Origin: Sminthopsis crassicaudata
Taxonomy: Eukaryota
Direction of reading: 5' to 3'
Assembly: GCF_048593235.1 (NCBI RefSeq)
Contig: NC_133617.1
Span: forward strand, 12,653,607 to 12,717,606
Length of the DNA: 64,000 nucleotides
Shown: positions 40,334 through 52,749 of the stretch, in pieces
Numbering within the stretch: the first letter of the stretch is position 1
Layout: every line of letters begins with the position of its first letter
Translations under genes and position numbers: made by a program
The notes under the pieces: model-generated
Told to the model about the DNA's origin: nothing
Database searches by the model: none
The model's input: the letters and a program-made list of their open reading frames with translations, nothing else

Positions 40334-40579
40334 CTCTACACCCATGTAGCCTGGCACCTGCTCTGTGACTTACTGTGAGACACAAAGGATGGAACGGACT
40401 GTTCAAGGATCATGTAAGCCAGGTTGTGGCACCAGAAGAACTTGGAGGCACGTGGAGGGATAGTACCCACACTCTGGAGAACATGTCTTTATCAAAATAT
40501 GTGCTGTGCCCTGTGTTAGGCACTGGTAAAGGTTCCCTAGCTTTCTTTTCCCTAGCCTAGTTTAGGATATAACATGATT

Positions 40580-41325
40580 TTTTCCCAACTTCAATAGCAT
40601 TTTATTTTTCAAAATACATGTAAAGAGAGTTTTCAGTATCTATTCCTGTAAGACTTTGTATTCTAAATTTTTCTCCCCTTCCTTATCCCCATCCAAGTTA
40701 GAAAGAAATCTGACATAGGTTAAACATGCACAATCCCACCATGTTTGTCAAGAAAAAATCAGACCAAAAAGGGGAAAAAACATAAGAAAGAAAAAAAATG
40801 TGAAAATATCATATTTGAACCACAGTCTGTCTCCATTGTTCTCTCTCTAGATGCAACTGGCATTTTCTATCCCAAATCTATTGAAATTGCCCTGAATCGT
40901 TTTTAAAAGAGCCAAGTCCTTCACAGTTGATCCTCCCATGATCTTGGACACAACATATATTTTGATAGACAGATGAAACAGCCTTTGTCTTCAAAAAGCT
41001 TATAATCTACTATGGAAACTTCAGCTTTTTAATACAGACATTGTTGAAAAGAGCCAAGTCCATCACAGTTGATCATCATGTAATCTTGTTGCTGCATACA
41101 ATGATTTCTTGGTTCTACTCATTCATTTAGGATCAGTTCCTTTAAGTCTCCCCAGGCCTCTCTGAAATCATCCCTCTGATCGTTTCTTACAGAACAATAA
41201 TATTCCATAACATTCATATACCGTAACTTATTCAGCCATTCCCCAACTGATGGGCATCCCCTCAGTTTCCATTTCCTTGCCACTACAAAAAGGGCTGCCA
41301 CAAACATTTTTTCACATGTAGGTTT
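40580..41325 (-). mobile_element. L1 3' end(s), interrupted at ~40946-41038
   Basis: L1 3'UTR/ORF2 C-terminus ([13 protein letters not shown]); aaaagagccaagtcc.tcacagttgatc occurs twice. Confidence 0.8.
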
Positions 41326-41689
41326 TCTGGATCAAAACTTAGCCCTTTGGGTATGTCAACATTCATAAAAAGATTTTGAACTCCAAATTTTTGTCCTTCC
41401 TTTCCCTCCCCATACTCCAGGGAAGGAAGCAGTCTCATTGATACAGGTTATACATGTGTAGAGATAAATATATTTTAAGAGTTCTATACACAGAAGAATG
41501 TAGTATGTAAATTGATATTTTAACAACTTGATTATTATATTTTAATAAAAGTTTCCATTAGAATCATATGTATTTTATTCATACTTTTAAAATATTCTTT
41601 TAAGAAAGGACTCATAGGCTTCAGGCTGCCAAATTAGTCACTTACAGACAATTCTAAAAACCCCCAAATCAAGAGTTTGACAATTATTT

Positions 41690-42600
41690 CAACATGATTC
41701 AGCACAGTGATGTAGCAGTCCAAAAGCAGCTACTGCTGTCTTGGTCAGCATAGAAAGAGGCAAAACTACCAAGAATAGAGAGGTGATGGTCCTTCTGGGT
41801 TCTGTCCTGTCAGAACCTATCTGAAGCATAGTGTGCTGCTTGGTTCTTCCCAGCATGAGTACTGATAAACTGTAGAATTTCTACAAGAGGAATTCTGGGA
41901 GATGGCTATGAGAATTCTGGGAGATGACTATGAACCACTACAGAGAATTCCCAATCCCTCTAATTTTGTCCACCTGCACTTTGGATTTCCTTCACAGGCT
42001 AATTATATACTATTTCAAAGTCCAATTCTTTTTGTACAACAAAACAACTGTTTGGACATGTATACATATATTGTATTTAATTTATACTTTAACACATTGA
42101 ACATGTGTTGGTTAACCTGCCATCTGGGGGAGGGGGGAAGGAGGGGAAAATTAGAATAAAAGGTTTGGCAATTTTCAATGTTGTAAAATTACTCATCCAT
42201 ATATCTGGTAAATAAAAACTATTAAAAAAAAAGAATTTCTACAAAAGGGTAAGTGGGCCAAGAGTTCTCATCATATGCATGGTTGAAGGAACTGGGATGG
42301 TTTGGTGGAGACAGGTGGGTGCCATGATAGTTATGCTCAAACATCTGAAGGGCTGTTATATGGAAGAAGGATTAGATTTCTCCCATTGGGCCCCACAGGA
42401 TAAACAACACCACATACTGACAGGTGGACGCTGCAGGAGAGCAAGTTAGGCTTAATATAGGCAAAAAATTCCTCCCTCCCCCAAAAAAACCTTCCAACAA
42501 GCCAAGCTGCCCCAAAGTGAAATGGACTTCTTAAAAAGCAGACCACCCTGGATATCTTCAGACAAAAAGTAGATCACTGGTCAAGTATATGTGATCAAAG
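41690..42600 (+). mobile_element. CR1/L3 fragment interrupted by an L1
   Basis: cagtgatgtagcagtccaaaag...gaaggaactgggatg...gggctgttatatggaagaaggattagatt CR1-like motifs. Confidence 0.7.
41891..42231 (+). mobile_element. 5'-truncated L1 3'UTR with 17-bp TSD
   Basis: TSD agaatttctacaagagg / agaatttctacaaaagg at 41874-41890 and 42232-42248. Confidence 0.9.
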
Positions 42601-43743
42601 GAATTTTTTTCAAGGGGCAGATAACCTGAACTAGATACCTCTTGGGTTTCAGTTCTCAAAGTCAGAAATTCTTACTCTCAAATCTTCAAGGACACCCTAC
42701 TGTTTCTAGGGGAGAAAATACAAACTCTTTCACTTGGCATTGAAAGTACACACAGCCTAGCACTAACCCATTTTTCAACACTTATTTCATATTCCTCTTT
42801 TCGCAGTCTATATCCTAGTCACACTAGATTACTAGGTGTTAGGATTACTAAGTGAGAACTGAGGTTGTCTGGACAGTGACAAGGAGAGATCCAGAAAACC
42901 TGAATTCCTAACAACTAGGGAAAATCCTGAACCCAGCCTTCCATCTATCAATTCTATTCCTTTGCACTCTGGACCTCCTCCTCTCAACATCTTTTTTTTT
43001 CTTCAAGGCACAGTTCTGGGGCTATGTCCTCCCTGAAGATTTATTCAGTGCCCTCAATTAATGATGCAATCTCTTCCAATTACTTTGTACTGACTTTGCA
43101 CCCATGTCCTACCCCCTTCAATAGATACCAAATAAAATGAGTTGAGTAGAGGGATTATTTTGTTTTTGTCTGTTTCTGAAGTGGCTGGAATTTCATGAAA
43201 ATGTATCAAGATGATTCCCCCAAATGAAAATCCTAATCCTGCATAGTGCCAGGGAAAAGGTGCTTGATTTAGTGACAGAAGAGGTCACACTGTCATAGAT
43301 TCAGGGATAAAAGGGATCTGGGAGATCATAATTTCTTACTTCATTTTACAGCTAAAGAAACTAATTTTAGCTGAGCTTGATGGAAGACAGGGAAAATCAG
43401 AGGTGAAGAGAGGAGGAGGAGAATTCTGGGTATGGAGAACATTCTTACTAAGGAGTCCATCCCAGAAGATGAAATAGGTGGTCAGTCTGAGCACTCAGGC
43501 ACATTATTGCTTCAAGGGAGACTTGCAAGAGACAATAGATGAACGAGTTAGAGGTAGGCAAGAAACTAGCATCACCGGGATTAGATACAAACTCCTTACT
43601 CTTAACCAACTGACTCCAAGCCACTTTTCCAGCTCTATTTATGTCCAACCACAATGGCCTTTCTGCTGCTCCTCACATCCAGACTCTCCCTGTCACCGTA
43701 TTGATGGTTCTCCATGCCTGAAAGGCACTCTTTCATTATTTTC

Positions 43744-43899
43744 TTTTCTTTTTTTCTTTTTCTTTTTCTGAGGCTGGGGTTAAGTGACTTGCCCAGGGTC
43801 ACACAACTAGGAAGCGTTAAGTGTCTGAGACCAGATTTGAACTCGGGTCCTCCTGAATTCAAGGCTGGCGCTCTATCCACTGTGCCACCTAGCTGCCCC
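43744..43899 (-). mobile_element. Young full-length WSINE1-like SINE with 15-bp TSD
   Basis: ggggcagctaggtggcacagtggatagagcgccagcc...; TSD tctttcattattttc at 43729-43743 and 43900-43914; target TT/GAAA. Confidence 0.95.
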
Positions 43900-44201
43900 T
43901 CTTTCATTATTTTCAATCTTTATTCCCAAAGCCTGGCTGCTTCCCCCTCACTAGGAAGTCTTTCCTGACCCCATCCTCATTCCTCTCCCCCAAAAGCTCC
44001 CCTTGTCTTGAAAGAAAGACATGCATATTAGGAGAATTCCTTTCTCTCCGAGATATGCCATGTAGCCTGTATGCCAAGTCAACTTAGGCAGGGTGGGACT
44101 CAGGGAAGTAAAAAGGGGCGTGGCCCTGAGATGGGAGATTGTACTTTAAAGGAGTCATAGGAACTTTATAGGTTCCTTGAAGTGGCAAGGGGTATGTATG
44201 T

Positions 44202-45444
44202 CAGGTGCACTACCTCAAAAATTAGGCACAGCAAATTGAAAAAAAACTTTTGTGGAACTCAGACCCTTGTGGTTCCCTTTGCATCAAACACTGGGTTATT
44301 CTTGGTTGATCCTCTTTGACTTTGTTTTTTATGTCCTCTTGCTAGATCTTCTCCAGAGCCAGATGAGCCTCCACCTGTGGCAAGACACAGGTAATCTGGG
44401 AGTAGAGGAAGCATAAATTGACAGCTCTGAGCGGAACGCGATCTCTTGCTTCCTGCTGCCCCTACAAGAGGATATGGCTGAATAAGGACAGACTGTTGGC
44501 ACCTCCTGATCAGCTCATCTCCATGTAATCAGGGTAGGCTCCAAGACTGGAATGTGTGGCCCTGGCAAAGCCTGCTCCATTGAGGGAGAAATGTGATCAG
44601 ACAGTCTGGCACACATGCAGACTTACACATGGCAGCGGGATGTCTGTTCTGTGAATAAGTCATCACTTCCTCAGGAATTAAGCTTCTTACATCCCAGGCA
44701 ACTTGGAAACAGAATCAACATCCCCAGTCCTAGTCTCCTGAACCAAGAAGTCTCAGTGAAGATTTCCCTGCCTTTTAAGGGAAAAACTAGCCCAGTCTGG
44801 AGAATGCAGGATCTTCTAGTAGATCATGTTCTACAGCATTGAAGTCCACCTTATTATCTTAGAATGATGCCAAAGACTCTGGTACCACAAAGCCTATCTG
44901 GTTTGCTGGACATGAGATGTCTAGGCCCTAATGACTGGAGAATCCACGGGAACAAAGACTAAATGACTGGATAAGGTCATAGCAGGAAGCTGGGGAAGAA
45001 TCTCAGCAAGTAGACTCCAAACGTCACAGAAGTCTGACAAGGGTAATAAATGAACGGTTCCAGTAGACAGGCAGAGCACAATACCAGAAGAACTTGGGGA
45101 CAAGCAGAAGTTTCTCAGCAGGTAGCCACAGACACTGGATTTCAGTGGGTTTTCATAATCCAATAGGAAATATCTGCCATGATTTACAAATGGCCACTTC
45201 CTTGCAGAAGAATAGAGATAGTCATGCTGGATGATGTACAGTGATTGCTAATCAAGCTAATAACCAAGCTAATTTAGAGTTTGAGAATATAATCCAACCA
45301 AAAAACCAAAATAAGACAGGTGCACTACCTCAAAAATTAGGCACAGCAAATTGAAAAAACCTTTGTGGAACTCAGACCCTTGTGGCTCCCATTGCATCAA
45401 ACACCGGGTTATTCTTGGTTGATCCTCTTTGACTTTGTTTTTTA
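44202..45444. repeat. Dispersed ~130-bp direct repeat pair (44202-44331 and 45317-45444)
   Basis: caggtgcactacctc...gactttgttttta; about 5 differences. Confidence 0.97.
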
Positions 45445-46089
45445 ATCTTCATACCAAATATATTTCCAATTTGGGCACTGATTTTTCACTTGGGATCCTT
45501 TACTAAATATTCTCTATCCCTGGCCAACAATTCTGGCCCATTTAATTGATCAATTAATTCACCAATGGGCATTTATCTGCTCTGTGTGTGTGTGCGTGTG
45601 TACGTGTGCATATGTACCTTTGCTGAATGCCTTTCCATGAAATACTTAAGCAAGCTTACTTTTGAGCAAATGTTAGATGTTCTATCAGTCTCATTTCAAT
45701 TCAATTCTAAGCCTAAATAATTGAATCAGCCAGAGTCAGAATTGATATGTAATATATAAAATTATCACGCATAGACAAGGAGTTCCCTTAGAGCCCTTCA
45801 TTGCAATATAAACAAATTCTGTATTAAGGAGTTTACTACAATATTATCTATGTAAGATTACCGTATAATCTTATTGTATGTATTCTCTTACATTTCTATT
45901 AAAATAGTTCAATGTGGCATGAGTTAGGATTATGTTTGAATACAGATAATTATTACCTGTATGACACTGTCAAGTAATGCTCACCTAAATTTTCTCATTT
46001 ATAAAATAGGAATAATAATAACACCTACCCTACAGAGCTGTTGTGAGGGTCAAATATAAGATCATCTATGTAGTGACACATAGCATCAT

Positions 46090-47790
46090 GTTACTTAATA
46101 CTTGATAAGGTCTTCTGATAGTTTAGGTATTTTATATTTTTGAAAATATTCCTCTATTTCTTTTGTATTCTTACTATCGTTAGCATATAACTGTATAATA
46201 TGTTCCAATTATTTTTATTCCTTCTGTTTACCATGATTTCATCTTGTTCATTTGATATTTTGATATAATTTTCAGCTCTCTTATTTTTAATCAGATTTGC
46301 TGAGGATTTATCAATTTCATTTGTCTTTAAAGAACAAACTTTTGGCTTTATTTATTATGGATCTTCTGTTTCTAATTTATTTCCCCTCTAGTTTTTACAT
46401 ATCTTCTCTTTTGTGCTTATGTTAGATAAATTTGTTGATTTTCTAATTTTTCAATGAATATTCAGTTCATAACTCCTCTCTTTTTTTAATTTGTTAATGT
46501 ATGATTGTGTGGACAATGTATTAAATATGCAGCTAGATGGCTCAGTGGATAGAGCTCCAGGACTAGAATCAGGAAGACCTGAGTTCAAATATGGCCTCAA
46601 ACACTTAACTGGGCAATCACTTAACTATTTGCCAATGTTTCCTTATATGTAAAAATGTGATGAAGAAGAATATGGCAAACCACTCCAGTATCATTGCTAA
46701 GACGACCCACATGGGGAAATGAAAAGTCAGATATAACTGAATAAAGTCCACAAAATGATTGTGAAGAGATGATTTTCCCTGATGACTGCTTTAGCTGTGT
46801 CTATCTCAGAAATTCTGATGGTTGTTTGATCCTCATCATTTTCTTCTACACAATTACTACTTGTTTCTATGATTTAATCTTCGACACACTCACTATTTAA
46901 GAGCTCATGGTTCAGTCTCCTTTTGAGTCTGTATTTTTGTTCTGAGGTCTCTGAACTAGCTTCTATATTCATTGCACTCTGGTGTGTAAAGTATCATTAA
47001 TTATTTCTACATTTGTTTGCAATTTCTCTCTGTCCTAGTATACAATCAGAGTATGTTTTTTTTTAAAGTTCCATATGGTTTTGAGAATATGTATATTCTC
47101 TTGCTGTCCCATTTAGAAGATACCTCAGTCTTTTAATTCTGGTTTTTTCTAACAATTTCTTCAGTTCCATATTTTTCGTTTTATCTTTCTGTTAGGCTTT
47201 TCCAAAACTGATTGAAAATAATTAAATCCCCCATCAATACTTTGTTACTATCTATGTCTTCCTGAAGCTCAGCTGTTTCCTTTATGGATTTGGATGCTAA
47301 GGCATTTTGGAGTGCATATGTTTATTATTAATATTAGCTTATTGTTTATGGTTCCTTTCAACTTAACATAATTTCCTTGTTTATATCTTTTTATTTTTTG
47401 AAATTTTGTTTTTGCTTTGATAGCATGATGCCAACTTCTACTTTTTTGGATTTACCTGATGCACAGCAAATTTTTTCCCATTTTCCAAAAAAATTTTTTG
47501 TGTATGTCTTTATTTTTTAAATGTATTTCTTGTAAGTAATAGATGGTATGTAAGTAATATGTGTTATTTACAATCCTATAAAAATGTAGGATTTTGTTTC
47601 CTAATCCAATCTGAAACAAAATTTTTCGTTTTATTGGGATGGATTATTTAATCCATTCACATTTAAAGTTATAAGAATTTTGCTCTATTTGTAGCTAAAA
47701 TTTTTTTCAAGTTAAGATTTTCCCCTTTTCCACCATAAATTAGTATTATATTCCTTCAATTATTTTACTTTAGTCTTTTAAAAAAGATAT
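46090..47790 (-). mobile_element. Old T-rich antisense L1 segment with a nested CORE-SINE (~46527-46752)
   Basis: Antisense L1-like composition and motifs; SINE tggcaaaccactccagtatc motif. Confidence 0.6.
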
Positions 47791-47795
47791 GTTTC

Positions 47796-48701
47796 ACACC
47801 TGTCAGATTGGCTAGAATGACAGGGAAAGATAATGTGGAATGTTGAAAGGGATGTGGGAAAACTGGGACACTGATACATTATTGGAGGAATTGTGAATAC
47901 ATCCAGCCATTATGGAGAACTATTTGAAACTATGCTCAAAAAGTTATCAAACTGTGCACACCCTTTGATCCAGCAGCGTTATTACTGGGCTTATATCCCA
48001 AAGAGATTTTTAAAAAGAGAAAGGGACCTATATGTGCAGGAATGTTTGTGGCAGCCCTCTTTGCAGTGGCCAGAAACTGGAAACTGAGTGGATGCCTATC
48101 AATTGGAGATTGGCTGAATAAATTGTGATATATGAATATTATGGAATATTATTGTTCTGTAAGAAATGACCAGCAGAATAATTTCAGAAAGGCCTGGAGA
48201 GACTGACAGGAACTGATGCTGAGTGAAATGAGCAAGACCAGGAGATCACCCAACAACAATACTATATGATGATCAATTCTGACAGACATGGCCCTCTTCA
48301 ACAATAAGATGAACCAAATCAATTCCAATAGAGCAGTAATAAATTGGGCCAGCTGTACCCAGCGAAAGAACTCTGGGAGATGACTATGAACCACTACATA
48401 GAATTCCCAATCCCTCTATTTTTGTTCACCTGTATTTTTGATTTCCTTCACAGGCTAATTGTACACTATTTCAAAATCCGATTCTTTTTGTACAGCAAAA
48501 TAACTGTTTGGATATGTATACATATACTGTATTTAACTTATACTTTAACATATTTAACATGTATTGTCAACCTGCCATCTGGGGGAGGGGGTGGGAGGAA
48601 GGAAGGGAAAAGTTGGAACAAAAGATTTTGCAATTCTGAATGCAATGCTGAAAAATTACCCATGCATATATCTTGTAAATAAAAAGTTATAATAAAAATT
48701 T
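47796..48701 (+). mobile_element. 5'-truncated L1 (ORF2 C-terminus plus 3'UTR) with 15-bp TSD
   Basis: TSD aaaaagatatgtttc at 47781-47795 and 48702-48716. Confidence 0.93.
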
Positions 48702-48719
48702 AAAAAGATATGTTTCTAC

Positions 48720-51640
48720 TGACTTTCTTCCCTTTACCCTTTGCCCCATTTCCTTATTTGTTACTACTTCTTCCCCTAAAAGTTTTTTTTTTTTAATAAT
48801 TTCTTTTCCTTTCCTATTTTTATTTGGCTGTACATTTTTTCCCTTTCTTTTTTCCTGTCATTTAAGCAAATGCCCCCTTCTCTTTCCTTTTCTTCAGCTG
48901 GACCTGTCCATTCATTTTTAAACTTTCTATACTTTTTTCCAATAGATTTTTCTCACTTCATTATTTATGTTCTCTTTCTGTTCACTTTATGCTAGGGTAT
49001 GGGACCCTGCCAAGAGGGAGTACTTTTTTTTTCCTGAAACTACCCCTTTTAATTTCTAATAGTATAATAGTCCATTACATGTCATGTGATCCATCACAAT
49101 CATATGCTTCAACTTGTTCAGTCATTCCCAAATTGATGAGCATTCCCTCAATTTCCAATTCTTTGTCACCAACAAAAGAGGTGCTCTAATTTTTTTTTAG
49201 CTAGGTCCTTTTCCTTCTTTGAGCACTTTGGGATACAGACTTATTAGTGGTATTGTTGGATTGAAGTATGCACAGTTTTATGACCTTTTGGATGTAGTTC
49301 CAAATTGTTCTCCAGAATGGTTGGATCACTTCATTACTCCACCGGCAGTTTTCAATTTTTCCCCAACTCAGTCAGTATTTGTCATTTCTAATAAAAGTGA
49401 AGTGCTACCTCAGAGAGATTTTAATTTGCATTTCTCTAACTGATAGTGATTTAATGCACTTCTTCATCTGACTATGGATAGTTTTGGTTTCTTCTTCCAA
49501 AACTTCCTGTTCATATCCTTTGAAAATTTATATTGGGGTATGGATTTTATTTTTATAAATTTTACTGTACTCACTATGTAAGCAAAAAATGAGGCCTTTA
49601 TCAGGCCCTGTAAAAAATTAACTACTTCATTTTCTATATTGCCTTTTAGCAAATTCTAGTTTCCCTGAATATAACTTGTCATTAGGCCTAATTTTTGTTG
49701 CTTGAGATGTTCAGGAAGCAAATAATCTAATTTTGCTTTTACTTTGTCTGAGATCATGATTGCTACACGCCTGGCTTTTCTTAGTTTAGATCTGTTATAC
49801 ATCGAAAAGATTCTTCTCTAGCGTTTTAACTCTTGTCTTTCTGTTTCAAGTGTGTCTCTTATAAACAACATATTGGATTCTGGTTTCTAATTCAGTCTAT
49901 TTGTTATCCACTTGCACTTTATGAAGGAGCTCCTCTCATTCACATTCACAGTTATGATTATTAACTATTTTCCTCCATCCTGTTTCTTCTGTTTATCCTT
50001 TACTTTTTTATCCTACACCTCCTCAAAAATTTGTTTTGCTTTTGATTTCTGCTTCCTTTAGTTTGCCTTCCCTTTTTTCTTCTCCCATACCTACATTTCT
50101 TTTATCCTCTTCCTCTTTAATTTCCCTACTGAGCAAGACAGATTTCTATATACAACTGAGTATGTTCTCTTTGAACCAGTTTTTATGAAATCAAGGTTCA
50201 AGCATTGCTCAGCATTTCCTCCTCCACTATAAAGGCTCTTCTTTGCAAGCCTCTTTTATGTGAAAAAAAATTTTCCTACTCTGTCTCTCCCTTCTCCCAG
50301 TGCATTCCTCTTTCTTATTCCATCTTTTTTTTAAAAAAGATATCATTCCATCATATCCAACTCAGATTTATGTTCTTTATGTATAATCCTCCTAATTATG
50401 TATAATTCCTCTAGCTGTCCTTAACATAATAAAGTTCTTAGGAATTACATATTATCATCTTCACATTTAGAATTAAATTTAATTTCTTCAATCTGCTTTC
50501 CACATTAATTGTTTCTTTCATGAGATACATTTTCTTGTATTTTTTCACTCTTTATTTTATTGTTTTTCAGTGTCTTATGAAGTATGGAATTGCTTAATTC
50601 TATTTTTAAGAAATTATTTTTTTCAGTGAAATTTTATATCTCTTTTCCCATTTGGCCAATAATGTTTCGTAAGCTCCTTTCTTCAGAAAATGTTTGGATA
50701 TCTTTTACACCAATTCTATTTTTAGGATGTTATTTTCTTGTTAATTACCTTTTCATAATATTCTTTTATAACACTCATTTCTTTTTAACAATTTTCTTTC
50801 TACCATACTCATCAGTTTCTTTTACTCTCCCAGGAATTCCTGTAGGACTTGAGAAAATTAACACTTTTCTTTGAGACTTTGGTTGTAGCTGTTTTCACAT
50901 TGTTGTTTTTTTTTATGTCTTGGACTAGGAATTTTTAATGGGCAAGCTATTTTTTTGTTGTTTGTTCATTTTCCCAGCTATTTTATGACTGCAGTTGCTC
51001 TCTGCTTACTTGGAGGTGGAGGGGGGGGGGGGAAGAAGGGGACAGGCACTGTCCCAAGCTTCAGGACATTTTGTGTTGCTGTTTTCAAAGCTAGACTCTC
51101 TTGGTCTACATTCTAGCTGCCCTAATCATGATAAAGTTCTTAGGAACTTTATCCAAGAAATGCTCCAGGTTCCCTGCAGCCACAAGTGCAAGCACTCTTT
51201 TTGGCTTTGGAACTGTGACCAGATCTCCTCTACTCTCCTAAATCCACAATCACCAGCCAGCACTCTTCTCCACACTGACTAGGACCCCTATTCCCTTGAG
51301 ACTGTTTACAAAGTGGTCTTTTCTCTACCCTAGAACTATGATCAGAACTGTTTATAGATGACAGAATTGACAATCAGCCCAACAATACCTAGTGCCAGCA
51401 AAGGGTCCCCTGTAATCTCTTTCTGATCATTTGTCCAATCCCCTTATCATTCCTGGGCAAAGAGTCCCAGAAACTGCTGCTCTGCTCCTTCGGTCATGGC
51501 TATCTCCAAGGCCCACCACCGATATTGAGTTGCAGTCTATTCTGGGCTTGTTTTCACTCCAGTAGCAAAGAACTTTTTTGCCAACCACTCTGACTTTTTG
51601 TTGGCTTTGATACCTCAAAATCTGATGTGAAGATTTTATT
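48720..51640 (-). mobile_element. Decayed L1/HAL1-like element (5'UTR, partial ORF1, spacer, ORF2 C-terminus)
   Basis: 51300-51620 resembles the reverse complement of the 5'UTR at ~30715-31000; ORF2 3' motifs at 49000-49600. Confidence 0.7.
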
Positions 51641-52067
51641 TTAAAGTTGTTTGGAGAGGTATGTTAGAAGAACTCAATGGGGGTACTACCTTGTTCTGAT
51701 TTCTTGGCTCCATTTTGACCTTTTGTCTCGCTCTCCTACTCCTCCAGGTGTCAGTTGCACAGGATAAGTAGGACTTTTCAAGCACCAAATTTCCCAGGCC
51801 TCAATCTAGCACAGAGTCTGTATCTCCCTCCTCCACCATCTCTCTTCAATCATGCTCAAAGAGCATTTATCCCCTCCTTCCCAACCTCCAAAGTAAGATC
51901 TACTTTCTTTCCCTCTTTTTCATCTTTCTCTTCTCGTTCTTCATTCACTCCTCTCTAGGCTCTTCTCTTTTTGAGGCCAGAGGAATCACCTTTCTTCTCA
52001 CTGCTAGGCCTTGATTAGACCCTGGTGTATCCCATATTCCACTTAATTTCTGCAGTTCTATTCCCCT

Positions 52068-52621
52068 TGTTGGGGGCGGTAGCCCCCTTTGATATTTCTT
52101 GTTTAATCTCCAACTTCCTTTGGGCTAGTTTCGGTGTTCAGCCCCCATTCTAATGATCTGAAATTCCTTCCTGGGAGAGACTGAAGGAGATATCAATAGA
52201 TATTATTGTAAATAAGATAAAAATTAAGAAAATTCCTGTCTTATTTACAACAACAGAGAATTCTTGTATTATTGACAAATATCTCTGGAACCTCTTGATA
52301 ACATCTCTGTGCAAACATTGTTTTGATGACTCTAGTCATCATGTATATATATAAGGCAGTCTGAAAAATGAAATCTTTGCATTTGGTATATACCAGCTAA
52401 ATGCCCGTCAATTGATGTCCCCCCTTTTCAGGCAGTTTGGGTCTTCCTGAAGGCCAAATGCCTGTCTATCCCTTACTATCAATAAAGACTTTGTTTCCAT
52501 ACAGCATTAAGTAGCAAATTCCTTTGCTGCCGAACCCACCCTTGGTTACTTTGGGGAAGGAAGGAGAGAGAGAAAAGGAACTGACCCATCTCGGTTTAGA
52601 ACCTTAGTTTACTCCTCATCA
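52068..52621 (+). mobile_element. Solo ERV LTR, 4-bp TSD (class I-like)
   Basis: TGTTGGGG...CCTCATCA; TSD ccct at 52064-52067 and 52622-52625; TATATAA (~52348) and AATAAA (~52481). Confidence 0.82.
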
Positions 52622-52749
52622 CCCTATTTCCCTTTCATATACCCTCCCATATTGTAATATAGTATCACAAAAGAAACATTCACTTTTAAAGCAGAGTGTT
52701 TCCAGGATGCTTAATAACTATTTGCTGAATGCAATCAGATATTTCTATA

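Noticed and set aside
44202-45444. Direct repeats as LTRs of a TRIM-like element, or as a Sm-class snRNA
   Set aside because: No TG..CA ends, PBS, PPT or outer TSD; the AATTTTTGAG context does not match U1, U2, U4, U5, U11 or U12 as I recall them
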